Assembly: GCF_003180995.1 (NCBI RefSeq)
Contig: NZ_CP029579.1
Strand: one strand, 5' to 3'
Source: Escherichia coli
Lineage (GTDB): Bacteria; Pseudomonadota; Gammaproteobacteria; Enterobacterales; Enterobacteriaceae
Length of the DNA stretch: 40,000 nucleotides
Shown here: positions 20,411-30,366 of the stretch, piece by piece
Position numbering within the stretch: position 1 is the first letter of the stretch
Layout: every line of letters begins with the position of its first letter
The notes under the pieces: model-generated
What the model was told of the DNA's origin: nothing
The model's input: the letters and a program-made list of their open reading frames with translations, nothing else
Database searches by the model: none
Translations under genes and position numbers: made by a program

Positions 20411-20650
20411 ATGGCAGATTGGAATGGTTATATTATGGATATCAGCAAACAATTTGATCAGGGCGTTGATGATCTGAACCAACAAGTTGAAAAGGCGTTG
20501 GAGGATTTAGCAACCAATCCTTCCGACCCGAAATTCCTTGCCGAATATCAGAGTGCATTAGCTGAGTATACATTATATCGAAATGCGCAATCTAACGTTG
20601 TAAAAGCGTATAAAGATCTTGATTCGGCAATCATACAAAACTTCCGCTAA
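20411..20650 (+). CDS. eprI: T3SS needle subunit, SctF/PrgI-like
   Basis: 79 aa, WNGYIMDISKQFDQGVDDL ... YQSALAEYTLYRNAQSNVVKAYKDLDSAIIQNFR, very close to PrgI. Confidence 0.97.
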   Translation: MADWNGYIMDISKQFDQGVDDLNQQVEKALEDLATNPSDPKFLAEYQSALAEYTLYRNAQSNVVKAYKDLDSAIIQNFR

Positions 20651-20669
20651 ACTGGATAAGGATTTTATT

Positions 20670-21002
20670 ATGTCAGTAAGCAATATGCCACCTATTGATA
20701 GAGCTGAGCAAGCAGCTGCTCGTGAAATACAGCAAGCGAAAGTTATTGATTTAAATGACCGGGTTCTCAATCTTGATAACCCGGATGATAAAATGATTTC
20801 CGCTTTTGCCAACTATGCGGTACAAACTGAAAATTGGCAGCAAAATGCGTTACAAGCATTAAGGTCTGATAAAAAGGGGTTAACTCCTGAAAAATTATTA
20901 GTCTTGCAGGATCATGTGCTTAATTATAATGTCGAGGTTTCATTGGTGGGAACATTAGCAAGAAAAATTGTCGCTGCAGTTGAGACGTTGACTCGCTCAT
21001 GA
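20670..21002 (+). CDS. eprJ: T3SS inner rod subunit, SctI/PrgJ-like
   Basis: PrgJ-like C-terminus (DHVLNYNVEVSLVGTLARKIVAAVETLTRS). Confidence 0.93.
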   Translation: MSVSNMPPIDRAEQAAAREIQQAKVIDLNDRVLNLDNPDDKMISAFANYAVQTENWQQNALQALRSDKKGLTPEKLLVLQDHVLNYNVEVSLVGTLARKIVAAVETLTRS

Positions 21003-21733
21003 AATATATATCATTATTCTTGTTTATCCTGCTGTTGTGCGGTTGCAAGCAGCAGGAATTACTGAACCATCTTGATCAACAGCAAGCTAATGATGTCCTT
21101 GCTGTTTTACAAAGACATAATATTAATGCTGAGAAGAAGGATCAAGGCAAAACTGGATTTTCAATCTATGTAGAACCAACGGATTTTGCTTCTGCGGTGG
21201 ATTGGCTAAAAATCTACAATCTCCCGGGTAAGCCTGATATTCAAATATCGCAGATGTTCCCTGCAGATGCGCTCGTTTCCTCTCCACGAGCGGAAAAAGC
21301 AAGATTGTATTCTGCTATTGAACAGCGTTTAGAGCAATCTCTCAAAATTATGGATGGCATTGTTTCTTCAAGAGTACATGTTAGTTACGATGTTGATACA
21401 GGTGATAGTGGCAAAACTGCTTTACCAATTCATATTTCTGTACTTGCTGTATATGAAAAAGATATCAATCCAGAAATAAAAATAAATGACATTAAGAGAT
21501 TTATTGTTAATAGCTTTGCAAGCGTACAATATGAGAATATTTCAGTCGTATTGTCAAAACGAAGAGATATTATTGAACAAGCACCAACATATGAAATTAA
21601 CGAACCTGTTTTTGCTTATGATAAGACTATGCCGGTTTCTATCTTACTTGCATTAATGTCCATTGCGACTTGCTGGCTGTTATGGAAGTACAGGGCTATT
21701 CTAACTAATTTAATCAGGTTAAAAAATAAGTAG
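20999..21733 (+). CDS. eprK: T3SS inner-membrane ring lipoprotein, SctJ/PrgK-like
   Basis: Lipobox LLLCGC, FliF/YscJ domain (QQANDVLAVLQRHNINAEKKDQGKTGFSIYVEPTDFASAVDWLKIYNLPG). ATGA overlap with eprJ. Confidence 0.95.
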   Translation: MKYISLFLFILLLCGCKQQELLNHLDQQQANDVLAVLQRHNINAEKKDQGKTGFSIYVEPTDFASAVDWLKIYNLPGKPDIQISQMFPADALVSSPRAEKARLYSAIEQRLEQSLKIMDGIVSSRVHVSYDVDTGDSGKTALPIHISVLAVYEKDINPEIKINDIKRFIVNSFASVQYENISVVLSKRRDIIEQAPTYEINEPVFAYDKTMPVSILLALMSIATCWLLWKYRAILTNLIRLKNK

Positions 21734-21748
21734 ACATATGAGAACGTT

Positions 21749-22330
21749 ATGAATCTTGCCCTAAGAAAGATTATATATGATCCAATTAGTTATATTCATC
21801 CTCAACGAGTAAGTTTGAATAATGCACGTATTAGCAATCCGGTACTTAGATCTATTACCAATGAAATGATACTCCTACAGTACAATCTTTCAGTTGAGCA
21901 TTTCAGTCTGAATAGTTCACTTATTTACTACATAAACAATTGGAAATTATTTCCATTGATCTGTTTACTCAGTGGTTGTCACTTTTATCGAGAAAGGTTT
22001 GCAGAACGCGGATTTTTTTACAAGGTTCCTGATGTGCTAAGGAATTATTTATCAGCTATACCGGTGGAAATAAATGAAAAGGCACGATATAAACCTGGTA
22101 TCGTTAACTATCAGAATATCATCACATGTGGTTTTTCAACGTTGTTGCCCTATGTAAGGCAACAACCGTTGGCAATGCAGCAACGATTTAATTTATTATT
22201 TCCTGATTTTGTTGACCACATACAATTGCCGTTACCACTTGCGTCTACTCTTTTGGAGAGAATTACATTTTATGCGAAAAAAAATAGAGATGAGCTTGAT
22301 AAACTCTCCTGCAAATGGTGTTGTGATTAA
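21749..22330 (+). CDS. T3SS sorting platform accessory, SctK/OrgA-like
   Basis: Position after PrgK homologue and overlap with OrgB-like gene. Confidence 0.8.
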   Translation: MNLALRKIIYDPISYIHPQRVSLNNARISNPVLRSITNEMILLQYNLSVEHFSLNSSLIYYINNWKLFPLICLLSGCHFYRERFAERGFFYKVPDVLRNYLSAIPVEINEKARYKPGIVNYQNIITCGFSTLLPYVRQQPLAMQQRFNLLFPDFVDHIQLPLPLASTLLERITFYAKKNRDELDKLSCKWCCD

Positions 22331-22979
22331 AAGAATAATTTCTGATGGATTGAAAGAAATAGTTTCTCTAAAAGAACAGATCCTTCTTGAAACCACCGCA
22401 AAAATTCAGAGTATTGAGGAAAAGAGAGAAGAAAAAGTTATTCAAGGTTATTATGATGGCTATGCGAAAGGCATTATTGATGTGATGGATAATTTTATAC
22501 CCTTGATAAGTTTGCTGAGCTCAGAATTAGAAAAAAACAGAATAAATATGATAAACGATCTGAAGAGCATATTGTTAAAATCTTCAGAGGAAGTTGAAGT
22601 TTTTATCAAAATTTTTGAAAGTTGGGTAACAAAATTACCGTCAATATCAGGCCCTTTAAATCTCTATATACCTACCAGTTTCAAAGATAAGTCTATTGAA
22701 GTAGAGTCATATTTTGTCGACAAGTCAATATGGAATGTCCATATTTCATATCATGATGACAAACGTTTTGTTTTTTTTACAGATCAATTTATTGCTGAGT
22801 TTAGTCCGCAGGAATTTGTGGATAATTGTGAGCAATATTTAATTAGCAATCACTGTTTTTCCCCTGACAAGGTTAATGAAATCTGTGAACATGCCAGACA
22901 TTATTTAGTTGAAAGAATGTGTGAAATAGATTCTTTGGCTATGAATAATTCTGATTTGACGACCCCAGAGGACTTATAG
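22272..22979 (+). CDS. T3SS stator, SctL/OrgB-like (ATG at 22272, MRKKIEMSL)
   Basis: FliH-like architecture: N-terminal helices then globular C-terminus (FVDNCEQYLISNH). Overlaps the OrgA-like gene by 59 nt. Confidence 0.82.
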   Translation: MRKKIEMSLINSPANGVVIKRIISDGLKEIVSLKEQILLETTAKIQSIEEKREEKVIQGYYDGYAKGIIDVMDNFIPLISLLSSELEKNRINMINDLKSILLKSSEEVEVFIKIFESWVTKLPSISGPLNLYIPTSFKDKSIEVESYFVDKSIWNVHISYHDDKRFVFFTDQFIAEFSPQEFVDNCEQYLISNHCFSPDKVNEICEHARHYLVERMCEIDSLAMNNSDLTTPEDL

Positions 22980-23168
22980 ATCACTGTCTCCGGCTTAATG
23001 ACTTGAATATAATCTAATTCTAATATTTTAAACGCCTAATGATTTTTCAACACGGGTGTTATTCTGCTTACGCAAAAATTTTATTATTAATTATATTTCA
23101 TTATTATTTCATCAATGTATTTTTTGGATTTTGCTTATAATAATAATGGAAGGGATGATTATAAATGA

Positions 23169-23834
23169 ATGCGTTATAGCATTTACACTCAGGATGAATA
23201 TATGGGAAAGATTAAAATTGTAGTTTCAGATCAGCAGCCGTTTATGATTGATGGGATAATTGGATTTCTCGGACATTATCCCGATTTATATGAGGTTGTT
23301 GGGGGCTATAAAGATCTGAAGAAAGCTATAGCGGAGTGTAACAAATCTGCAGCCCAAATATTTATTTTAGGAGAATTTGCAGGTGGAATGATGGGGTCCG
23401 AACTCATTAAATGGGTTAAATCGCATAAAATAGATGCTCATATTATTACATTTGTAGCAAAAATGCCGTATATTGATTCAATAAAATTGCTTGAAGCCGG
23501 TGCAAAAGGATGCGTATGGAAAACCAGTCACCCGGCGAAACTAAATCGGGCTATTGATTCGATTAGTAATGGTTACACTTATTTTGATAGTGTACACATG
23601 GATTGTGAAAAAATATCTTCAAGATATTCCTCTGATAATCAACTTACAAATCGTGAGTCTGAAATACTACAACTCATAGCTGATGGAAAAACAAACAAAG
23701 AAATCGCTAATTTCTTGCAGTTAAGCAGGAAAACAGTCGAAACACATAGACTCAATATCATGAAGAAATTAGATGTTCACAGTGGTATCGAGTTGATCAA
23801 AACAGCTTTACGTATGGGCGTTTGCACTATATAA
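23169..23834 (+). CDS. ygeK: Response-regulator-like protein with GerE HTH and atypical receiver
   Basis: [55 protein letters not shown]. Confidence 0.88.
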   Translation: MRYSIYTQDEYMGKIKIVVSDQQPFMIDGIIGFLGHYPDLYEVVGGYKDLKKAIAECNKSAAQIFILGEFAGGMMGSELIKWVKSHKIDAHIITFVAKMPYIDSIKLLEAGAKGCVWKTSHPAKLNRAIDSISNGYTYFDSVHMDCEKISSRYSSDNQLTNRESEILQLIADGKTNKEIANFLQLSRKTVETHRLNIMKKLDVHSGIELIKTALRMGVCTI

Positions 23835-23870
23835 AAAAAAAGAGGCTTTAGGCTCATTTTGCTAAAGCCT
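23833..23870 (-). terminator. Rho-independent terminator for the IagB-like gene, overlapping its stop codon
   Basis: 9-bp stem AGGCTTTAG / CTAAAGCCT followed on the minus strand by an eight-to-nine-T run. Confidence 0.75.
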
Positions 23871-24357
23871 TACGCTTGTCTATTTCATTAAGTCTGGTAT
23901 ATACAACATATATTTTTTTTGCATATTGCAGCCTCTTTTTTTGGTTTTCCATTGCAAAACCCGCGTTATAAGTCCCCAGACATTGCCACGTTACTCCACA
24001 ACGTGAAAAATGATTATATAAAATCTCGGTCCCTATTTTAATGTTTAGACAGGGGTTATCTAACAAATCTTGTTCATCTTTTATTATTCCACGTTTTTTT
24101 AACATGGGAATGTGCATCTGGTTTATCTGCATTAAACCATAATCAAAACTCTTTATATTGTTTTTCTTATCCCTGTTCTTGCCGATGCTATCATTTTTTA
24201 AATTACTTTCAACAAGTGCGATAGCTTTGATCAAATTTGGTTCGATTCTGAAAATTGATCCTGCTTCATTAAAGCAAGCGCTACTGGCGAAAGACATTTT
24301 TGTAATTAATATAGAAAACATGAAGATGGCTAAGATTTTAACTTTGGGTAAGCGCAT
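23854..24357 (-). CDS. T3SS-associated lytic transglycosylase, IagB/IpgF-like
   Basis: Signal peptide, ALVESNLK catalytic Glu motif, DYGLMQIN, LGTYNAG. Confidence 0.92.
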   Translation of the reverse strand: MRLPKVKILAIFMFSILITKMSFASSACFNEAGSIFRIEPNLIKAIALVESNLKNDSIGKNRDKKNNIKSFDYGLMQINQMHIPMLKKRGIIKDEQDLLDNPCLNIKIGTEILYNHFSRCGVTWQCLGTYNAGFAMENQKKRLQYAKKIYVVYTRLNEIDKRKALAK

Positions 24358-24440
24358 ATGTTTTTATGTGTAGGATTGAAGGAAAGGAACGAGATACTAA
24401 TATATTCAGTATCTCGTTAATCATTTAAGTGGTCAATTAT

Positions 24441-24659
24441 CTACCATTCCAGTTCATAGTAAGGAAAGATAGGATTATCTTTCGAATACATATCATTTTG
24501 AAAAGATGCCATCCATGTTGAAACTATAAATGCTTGTATTTGATCTGTATCAGTAGCACTGGTGGTGATGTGTTTATCTAATGAAACGACTTCATCACCC
24601 GTTGCGGTTGCTATATTTAAACTTTGAGAAAAATTATTCATATTGATTGGATTAGTCAT
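24441..24659 (-). CDS. ygeI: Small ETT2 protein of unknown function, 72 aa from MTNPINMNNFSQ (track start 24701)
   Basis: Matches the remembered K-12 YgeI sequence in length and composition. Confidence 0.75.
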   Translation of the reverse strand: MTNPINMNNFSQSLNIATATGDEVVSLDKHITTSATDTDQIQAFIVSTWMASFQNDMYSKDNPIFPYYELEW

Positions 24660-24825
24660 AAAGTTCCCTTTTTTATTTGTCCAGGCCAATAGCCCATACA
24701 CAATACTTTTAATCTAGAGTATTTGATATATATTGCAATAAGGTAATTATCTTAGATGTTTTCATCTCTGTTGTTTACATAACCAGTTGCATACATCTAA
24801 ACAATAAAATTGCGACAATAAATAT

Positions 24826-26202
24826 TTATCGCATACAAATTCTCGTCAGTTGCTTTAGTTTCAAAATGTTATCAATTATAACTCGATGGCTTTCACTCGA
24901 AGTTTCTTTATAGTAGAGTTTCATGTTGCTTTTGAGCGGGTTAGGCACATACATATCTACACACTCTTTTATCACAACTGCTTTTCGTCTTCTGGGTTCG
25001 AGTTGTAGTGATTTGTCTATACAAATCCTTGCCTCTTCAATTCTTTCATTATGAAAGTTGACAAGTGCTCTATAGTAGTAGAGAGAGGCTATATCAGTTG
25101 TGTGTATCTTAGCCTGTTCAAATAAGATATGAGATACTTTTGCTTGTCCAGACAGACCAGTTATCAGTCCCATAATGGCTAAAATTTTTCCATCGACATT
25201 GGTTATGTCTGATACATAATGTAAAAGCTCTAATGCTTTTTGAGCAGCAAGTTCAAGTTCATACTTTCCATGAAGTGCCAAAGACATATGGCATTCCGCT
25301 AGCAGACAATAACATTCTATTTTTAGCGTCTGTATATCACTTTTATTTTGTAATCCATCAAATATAGCCATAGCCCTGTAAATGCTTTCAGGAGTAAACT
25401 CGTAAAGTTCTTTCTTACCAGCCAACAGTTCATCTGATAAATAATGATTCTTGTAACCTTGGTCCGGTTTAGCTAATCTTACAGAACGCTCTGGAATATG
25501 TACCGTTTGAAGGATATTATCTATAATAAATTGTGATGTGTTATGTAGTTCATCAACAGGAAGATGATTACTGGCGATGAGGAAAAGATTTTTAGCGTCG
25601 ATCAGTTCAATGTATAAAGTTTTCACCGCGTTATTCTGGTTTATTCTTCCTGTAACGAAATAATCTGGCTTGAATCTTCTCAAAAATGAATTTTGCGATA
25701 TGTGATCATTACAAAAATTTGTCGCAGCCATCGGATAGGTATAAAGGCCATCGATTTTTTTATTCGAAATGTTTTGCACTAATTCCTGATTAAGTATTAA
25801 TGGATCCAGAGTATTCAATGAAGTGGTGAAAGGAAATATAGCTATGGAATAGTCTGAAGTGTTATCTTCATTTATTTTAGTTTTGAAAACCTGTCCACTG
25901 AAACGATACCCTTTCCGGTAGATTGTTTCTATGCAACGAGCATAGCCAATTTTTTCAAAAATGCAGCGCAAAGAATAGATACATCTTGTCAGGGACTCGT
26001 CACTTACAATAATATTTTTCCATACTGATTCGATGATCATATCTTTCAGGACAACATGACCAGCGGATTCAAGTAATACGATCAATACTCCTAACTCTTT
26101 CGGTGGAATATAAATCTGCTCATTTCCTTGAGTAAGAATTCCATCTTCCGTGAGCGTTAATCCCTCGAGAAAATGATATGAGAATTTATTTTCTAAGTCC
26201 AT
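24826..26202 (-). CDS. ygeH: HilA-like regulator: OmpR-type winged helix plus C-terminal TPR-like region
   Basis: wHTH ([54 protein letters not shown]...[11 protein letters not shown]), 458 aa. Confidence 0.92.
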   Translation of the reverse strand: MDLENKFSYHFLEGLTLTEDGILTQGNEQIYIPPKELGVLIVLLESAGHVVLKDMIIESVWKNIIVSDESLTRCIYSLRCIFEKIGYARCIETIYRKGYRFSGQVFKTKINEDNTSDYSIAIFPFTTSLNTLDPLILNQELVQNISNKKIDGLYTYPMAATNFCNDHISQNSFLRRFKPDYFVTGRINQNNAVKTLYIELIDAKNLFLIASNHLPVDELHNTSQFIIDNILQTVHIPERSVRLAKPDQGYKNHYLSDELLAGKKELYEFTPESIYRAMAIFDGLQNKSDIQTLKIECYCLLAECHMSLALHGKYELELAAQKALELLHYVSDITNVDGKILAIMGLITGLSGQAKVSHILFEQAKIHTTDIASLYYYRALVNFHNERIEEARICIDKSLQLEPRRRKAVVIKECVDMYVPNPLKSNMKLYYKETSSESHRVIIDNILKLKQLTRICMR

Positions 26203-26536
26203 TAGTTAACCTCTATGAAAAAATTGGTTTCTTGCATCCTGCATAAGCAATAGAAATTGTGGCTATTCATATTTATGTGTCATTAATGCTACAGGAGTTT
26301 ACATTCGACATATCTATGGTTGTGTTCACTAATTTATCTTAGGAATTCAGTGATGTAATCTGAAATAGCCTTATTCAATTTTGATAAAATAGATTGTTCT
26401 CTAACGCGTTGAAAAATAATAATTTATAGTGTGTTCTTAACTGTTTTAAGATGTTGATTTAAGAAAACATAAGAGAAGCTGGTCATAGTAGTTAACTGCA
26501 CTATAACCAGCAATTTTAACCAAAAGATTGTAATGC

Positions 26537-27028
26537 TTAGCCATTATCTTCTGAATTATCAGTTAAGAGTTCAATATATGCCTGCGCTTTGCTCTTAACA
26601 CTTTCATCCTCACAATTGTTAATAATATGATAGAAACATTGCATTGCGTTATCGATATTTTTAGCCCCAATTTGACATTGACCCATACGATAAATAACTG
26701 AATAGTCATCATACGGTGAGTAATTGTAACTTAGTTTGTAAAGGTCATATGCTTGTTGATATTTCTTTTTTGACTGGCATACTGATGCAAAACCTTTTAG
26801 ATATTCATGATTTTCGAACGCATAAATGCACAGAAATTTATAATAAATTTCTGCGTCCGTTATATTACCTTTTTCATGGTAGTCGAATGCATATGCATAT
26901 ATTCTATCAAGGATATCAGGAGTCAATCCATGTAGTAATGCCAGATTTTCTCCTTGTGATAATGCGTGTTTTAGTTGACTTGCCCATTCATCACTGTTAT
27001 TGAATATTTCAAGTGTATCTGTGCTCAT
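26537..27028 (-). CDS. ygeG: Class II T3SS chaperone, SycD/LcrH/SicA-like TPR protein, 163 aa from MSTDTLEIF
   Basis: YYKFLCIYAFENHEYLKGFASVCQSKKKYQQAYDLYKLSYNYSPYDDYSVIYRMGQC resembles SicA TPRs. Confidence 0.92.
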   Translation of the reverse strand: MSTDTLEIFNNSDEWASQLKHALSQGENLALLHGLTPDILDRIYAYAFDYHEKGNITDAEIYYKFLCIYAFENHEYLKGFASVCQSKKKYQQAYDLYKLSYNYSPYDDYSVIYRMGQCQIGAKNIDNAMQCFYHIINNCEDESVKSKAQAYIELLTDNSEDNG

Positions 27029-27253
27029 AATATTCCTCTGTGATGTGTTTCGTGATGCTAAATTATTATTGATTGACTCATTAATTTTTTGCATTTATCT
27101 TTTTTGAATTATGAGTTTTAAGCTTGCATTGCTTATGGGTATATTGGTTCATTATTAGTAAAAATACTGACCACTATAAACCAATAATGTCATTAGTTGT
27201 TTTGCTAATATTTACCTTATTAGTTATCTTAATTACGACATTTCATAAATGCC

Positions 27254-27745
27254 TTAATGTGCATGGCCTGGATTCATATTATCAATTTCCATTTTTTCGA
27301 TGAAAATTAAAAAAGGGATTTTTGCGAAGGGTAGTAAGTCGTCTGGTTTTTTTTCTTTATTATGTCTGGTGACGAGGGGGGATAGAACGTCGGTACATAT
27401 AGTAGAGAATTTATTCAGGTCTAAATTATTCTCTATTTTGGCCAGTTTTATGAGTTCATTTGTAGCCATACTCATTAAATCATCTGTTATCGGAAATTTA
27501 TATATGCTCATAGCCGATAATATTGCTTGCTGAATTATTTCTTCAGAAATATCCGCTATCTTTATTGACAAATCATGTGTTAGATATTTTCCTCCAAGAG
27601 ATTCTTGTTCAATATAATTTAAACCAGACCTCATCGTAATTTTAACTGGATTCACGTATTTCTCTTCATTTTTCTTATTTTTGTTCTCCTGATCAGGAAC
27701 TAATGGTTGCAGTGGTAGGCTATTATTAATATTTCGTGGCTTCAT
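27254..27745 (-). CDS. ygeF: ETT2 protein of unknown function, 163 aa
   Basis: Matches the remembered YgeF N-terminus (MKPRNINNSLPLQPLVPDQENKNKKNEEK). Confidence 0.75.
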   Translation of the reverse strand: MKPRNINNSLPLQPLVPDQENKNKKNEEKYVNPVKITMRSGLNYIEQESLGGKYLTHDLSIKIADISEEIIQQAILSAMSIYKFPITDDLMSMATNELIKLAKIENNLDLNKFSTICTDVLSPLVTRHNKEKKPDDLLPFAKIPFLIFIEKMEIDNMNPGHAH

Positions 27746-28051
27746 TTTACATTTCTCTCATTTGATTAGAGCAAAATCCGAATTCGCAGCTTCTGATAAT
27801 GTCAAATATCACCTTTTCTCATGCTTTATTCTATCAAAAATCGCTCATTTTTACTTTTTTTACCATAATGTTACTTAGTGGCATCGGCAATTTACATAAC
27901 TTACATGTTGTTTTTTATATCCTGAAAAAACAGATAGATAGTGTGCACACTCGAAATGATATTGGTAACATAAATAGCTTTATTCGTGACAAACATCTCA
28001 AAAGATTTCCTTTATTATTTTCGAAATTCATTTGATCAAGGTTATCACCTT

Positions 28052-28135
28052 ATGGAGACGTTACGTAGAATGACTATATTTGTTATCGGCACATTAGGGG
28101 TATTAAATTTAGTATTGATGGAAGGTGATTATTGA
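28052..28135 (+). CDS. Possible 27-aa single-TM small protein METLRRMTIFVIGTLGVLNLVLMEGDY
   Basis: In-frame ATG (alternative ATG 28070) to TGA, hydrophobic core, 40 nt upstream of yqeK. Only a weak SD. Confidence 0.35.
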   Translation: METLRRMTIFVIGTLGVLNLVLMEGDY

Positions 28136-28174
28136 ACAGTAACATCGAGTCACGGTCAAAATGTGAGGTATATA

Positions 28175-28600
28175 ATGGACATTGAGTTTTCGCAGATTCA
28201 TGAAATGGTCTATATGCATGATATTGTAAATTCGGACTCGAAAAAGAAACCAAGGATTCCGTTAAAAAAATTCCTTAATGCTGAGAAGGTTCTCACGCAA
28301 ACAACATCATGGGTACTAAATTCAAGATATGTGAATGTTAATTCTGTCAGTAAAGTCAACGTAAAGAGTAAAGTTAAAAACAGTTATATCTCACGATCTG
28401 TCAATGATGAGTTTAGTTTAACAGATGATGAAATCAATTCTTTTAAAGAAACGTTAGTCCTTTCCTCTATTGATTCTCTAAGTAAACTGGTTCTTAATAA
28501 TCCTCTTTCTGTATTGTTTACATCGACTGTACGAAGGAATAATAATAGAGCTAAGATGAATGTTGAGTTCGACTCATGGATTTGCACCAGATGTTGTTGA
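28175..28600 (+). CDS. yqeK: ETT2-associated protein of unknown function, 141 aa
   Basis: Length and position as for K-12 YqeK; starts [14 protein letters not shown]. Confidence 0.75.
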   Translation: MDIEFSQIHEMVYMHDIVNSDSKKKPRIPLKKFLNAEKVLTQTTSWVLNSRYVNVNSVSKVNVKSKVKNSYISRSVNDEFSLTDDEINSFKETLVLSSIDSLSKLVLNNPLSVLFTSTVRRNNNRAKMNVEFDSWICTRCC

Positions 28601-28748
28601 TACATGATATTTTGCATTGCAAGGTGATATCTAAAATGAAAGATGTTGATCAAAACTTTGATGCTTTATACTGGCATATACTACAAGCATATTTAATTTT
28701 ATTGTTTTATGATTAACGAGGTTCCATCTTTTTATTATCTATTTAAGT

Positions 28749-29243
28749 TTACCTTGCACAATGCATTATTGCTCTGTTACCAATACTCAAAATAAAAGCA
28801 TGCTTACCTTGCTTTAGTATATTATAGCTTACACTTTTTTCTGGAAAGACATAAAAATCAGGAATAAGTTCTGCAAGTCTATCATCATCGACTTGATCCA
28901 TGATCTCAAATTTATTAACTTTCTTTGATGTTAAATGGGCTGTGTCATAGTTTTCAATCCATGTGTATTCAATATTTCGCCGTATTGACTTACTTTCTCT
29001 GTTACCTTGTTGCCAGGTTCCGCTCAACGCAACAGTTCCTGTTTTATTTTTTTGGTTATACATAAAGTCGATGGTAAGATTTGCTCGCCCCTTGTCATTA
29101 AAAATTACCCAATTTGCAGTGCATGTTTCATTATATATCATTTTTTCTGCAGTATAAGAGTAAACAATGAAGAGAATAAACCCACTGATAAAAACTAAAA
29201 TAAATAATAAGTTTTTTTTATAATCAATCACGATTAACCTCAC
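28749..29243 (-). CDS. yqeJ: Single-TM periplasmic-domain protein, possible ToxS/VtrC-like partner
   Basis: N-terminal TM LLFILVFISGFILFIVYSY then soluble domain. Overlaps yqeI 3' end by 20 nt. Confidence 0.82.
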   Translation of the reverse strand: MRLIVIDYKKNLLFILVFISGFILFIVYSYTAEKMIYNETCTANWVIFNDKGRANLTIDFMYNQKNKTGTVALSGTWQQGNRESKSIRRNIEYTWIENYDTAHLTSKKVNKFEIMDQVDDDRLAELIPDFYVFPEKSVSYNILKQGKHAFILSIGNRAIMHCAR

Positions 29244-30033
29244 GGTAAGACAGGGTTAAACAGCCTGCCACTTCATGTTGGTTATAGTTTTTATTGCATG
29301 CCATAACAATCATCCCTGGTGAGGATTTTGCAAGAGGGAAGTATAACCACGGATATTTTTTACAGTTAATCCCCGAATCCAGTATCCGTGTCTTATATTT
29401 ATCGAACTCTTTCAACCCATCAATTGTATCTTCTGTCACATTAAAATGGCAGCCATTAATTTCCGCAACAGTCTTGTAATCCTTGAAGAAAGGTTTCGGT
29501 TGATTATTATTCCATAGCCAATGTGCAGAATATACGCCTATAGCAAATATGCTCAACATAATTAGATAACTTTTTATATGTTTGAGGATTTTGTTATTGA
29601 AATTGTTTGCGCTTCCAATGCTCTCTTTGTACCCCGCATTACCTTTTACGGCAGGTGGGGCATTGTGTGTATGTGCGTCTGTTGAAGAGTTTATTGCATG
29701 ATTTTGTATGTTAATGTCATTATGAATCTTGAATCCTCTTCTCGGCACGGTTGCAATAAGCGAGTGGGTGGTATCACCAACAGCGCGAAATCCGCGTCTG
29801 ATAATGGATATGTTCTGATATAACGTGTTAGTTGGCACACGCATACCTTCTTCTTCCCAGACTCTGGTGAAAAAATCTTGTTGTGCAACCACATCAGGAA
29901 AAGCTTCAAGTAGAAGTGATAAACAACGACTGGCTGGCGTTGTCAGAACGACGTTAAGATCGGCGTTATGTACCGATATTAATTTTCGGTGCTCAGGCCA
30001 GAACTCGATATTATCGTTAATAATCCAGTACAT
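29224..30033 (-). CDS. yqeI: ToxR-like transmembrane transcription regulator
   Basis: N-terminal OmpR-type winged helix (LYQNISIIRRGFRAVGDTTHSLIATVPRRGFKI), TM SYLIMLSIFAIGVYSAHWLW, periplasmic domain. Confidence 0.88.
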   Translation of the reverse strand: MYWIINDNIEFWPEHRKLISVHNADLNVVLTTPASRCLSLLLEAFPDVVAQQDFFTRVWEEEGMRVPTNTLYQNISIIRRGFRAVGDTTHSLIATVPRRGFKIHNDINIQNHAINSSTDAHTHNAPPAVKGNAGYKESIGSANNFNNKILKHIKSYLIMLSIFAIGVYSAHWLWNNNQPKPFFKDYKTVAEINGCHFNVTEDTIDGLKEFDKYKTRILDSGINCKKYPWLYFPLAKSSPGMIVMACNKNYNQHEVAGCLTLSYREVNRD

Positions 30034-30366
30034 ACGTCAATAGACACTAAATCAATCGAAATGGAAATCACATAGTTTGCTAAGTATATTGATATTTACG
30101 GCATAAATATATATTAATTTTATATTTATCATAATGATTGAAATGAGGCTTTAATGTCGCAACGTAAAACTTTACGTAAATTAACATGATTAACATTTAT
30201 GCCACTATTGTTTGTAAATTCATATTTCGTAATGCTTCTGAATTTTTCGTGTGATGGTTTTAAATACCATGTTGTTTACTCTTGGGGTTACTGCTTATTT
30301 GTAAAATACGGGCATTTCAATAGATGCCCGTATAAGCAGAGTATGATTCTGGCAGATTATTGAGTA

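Noticed and set aside
27799-28035. 78-aa plus-strand ORF MSNITFSHALFYQKSLIFTF...
   Set aside because: AT-rich intergenic frame with hydrophobic bias but no clear ribosome-binding site or family. Too weak to list as a gene.
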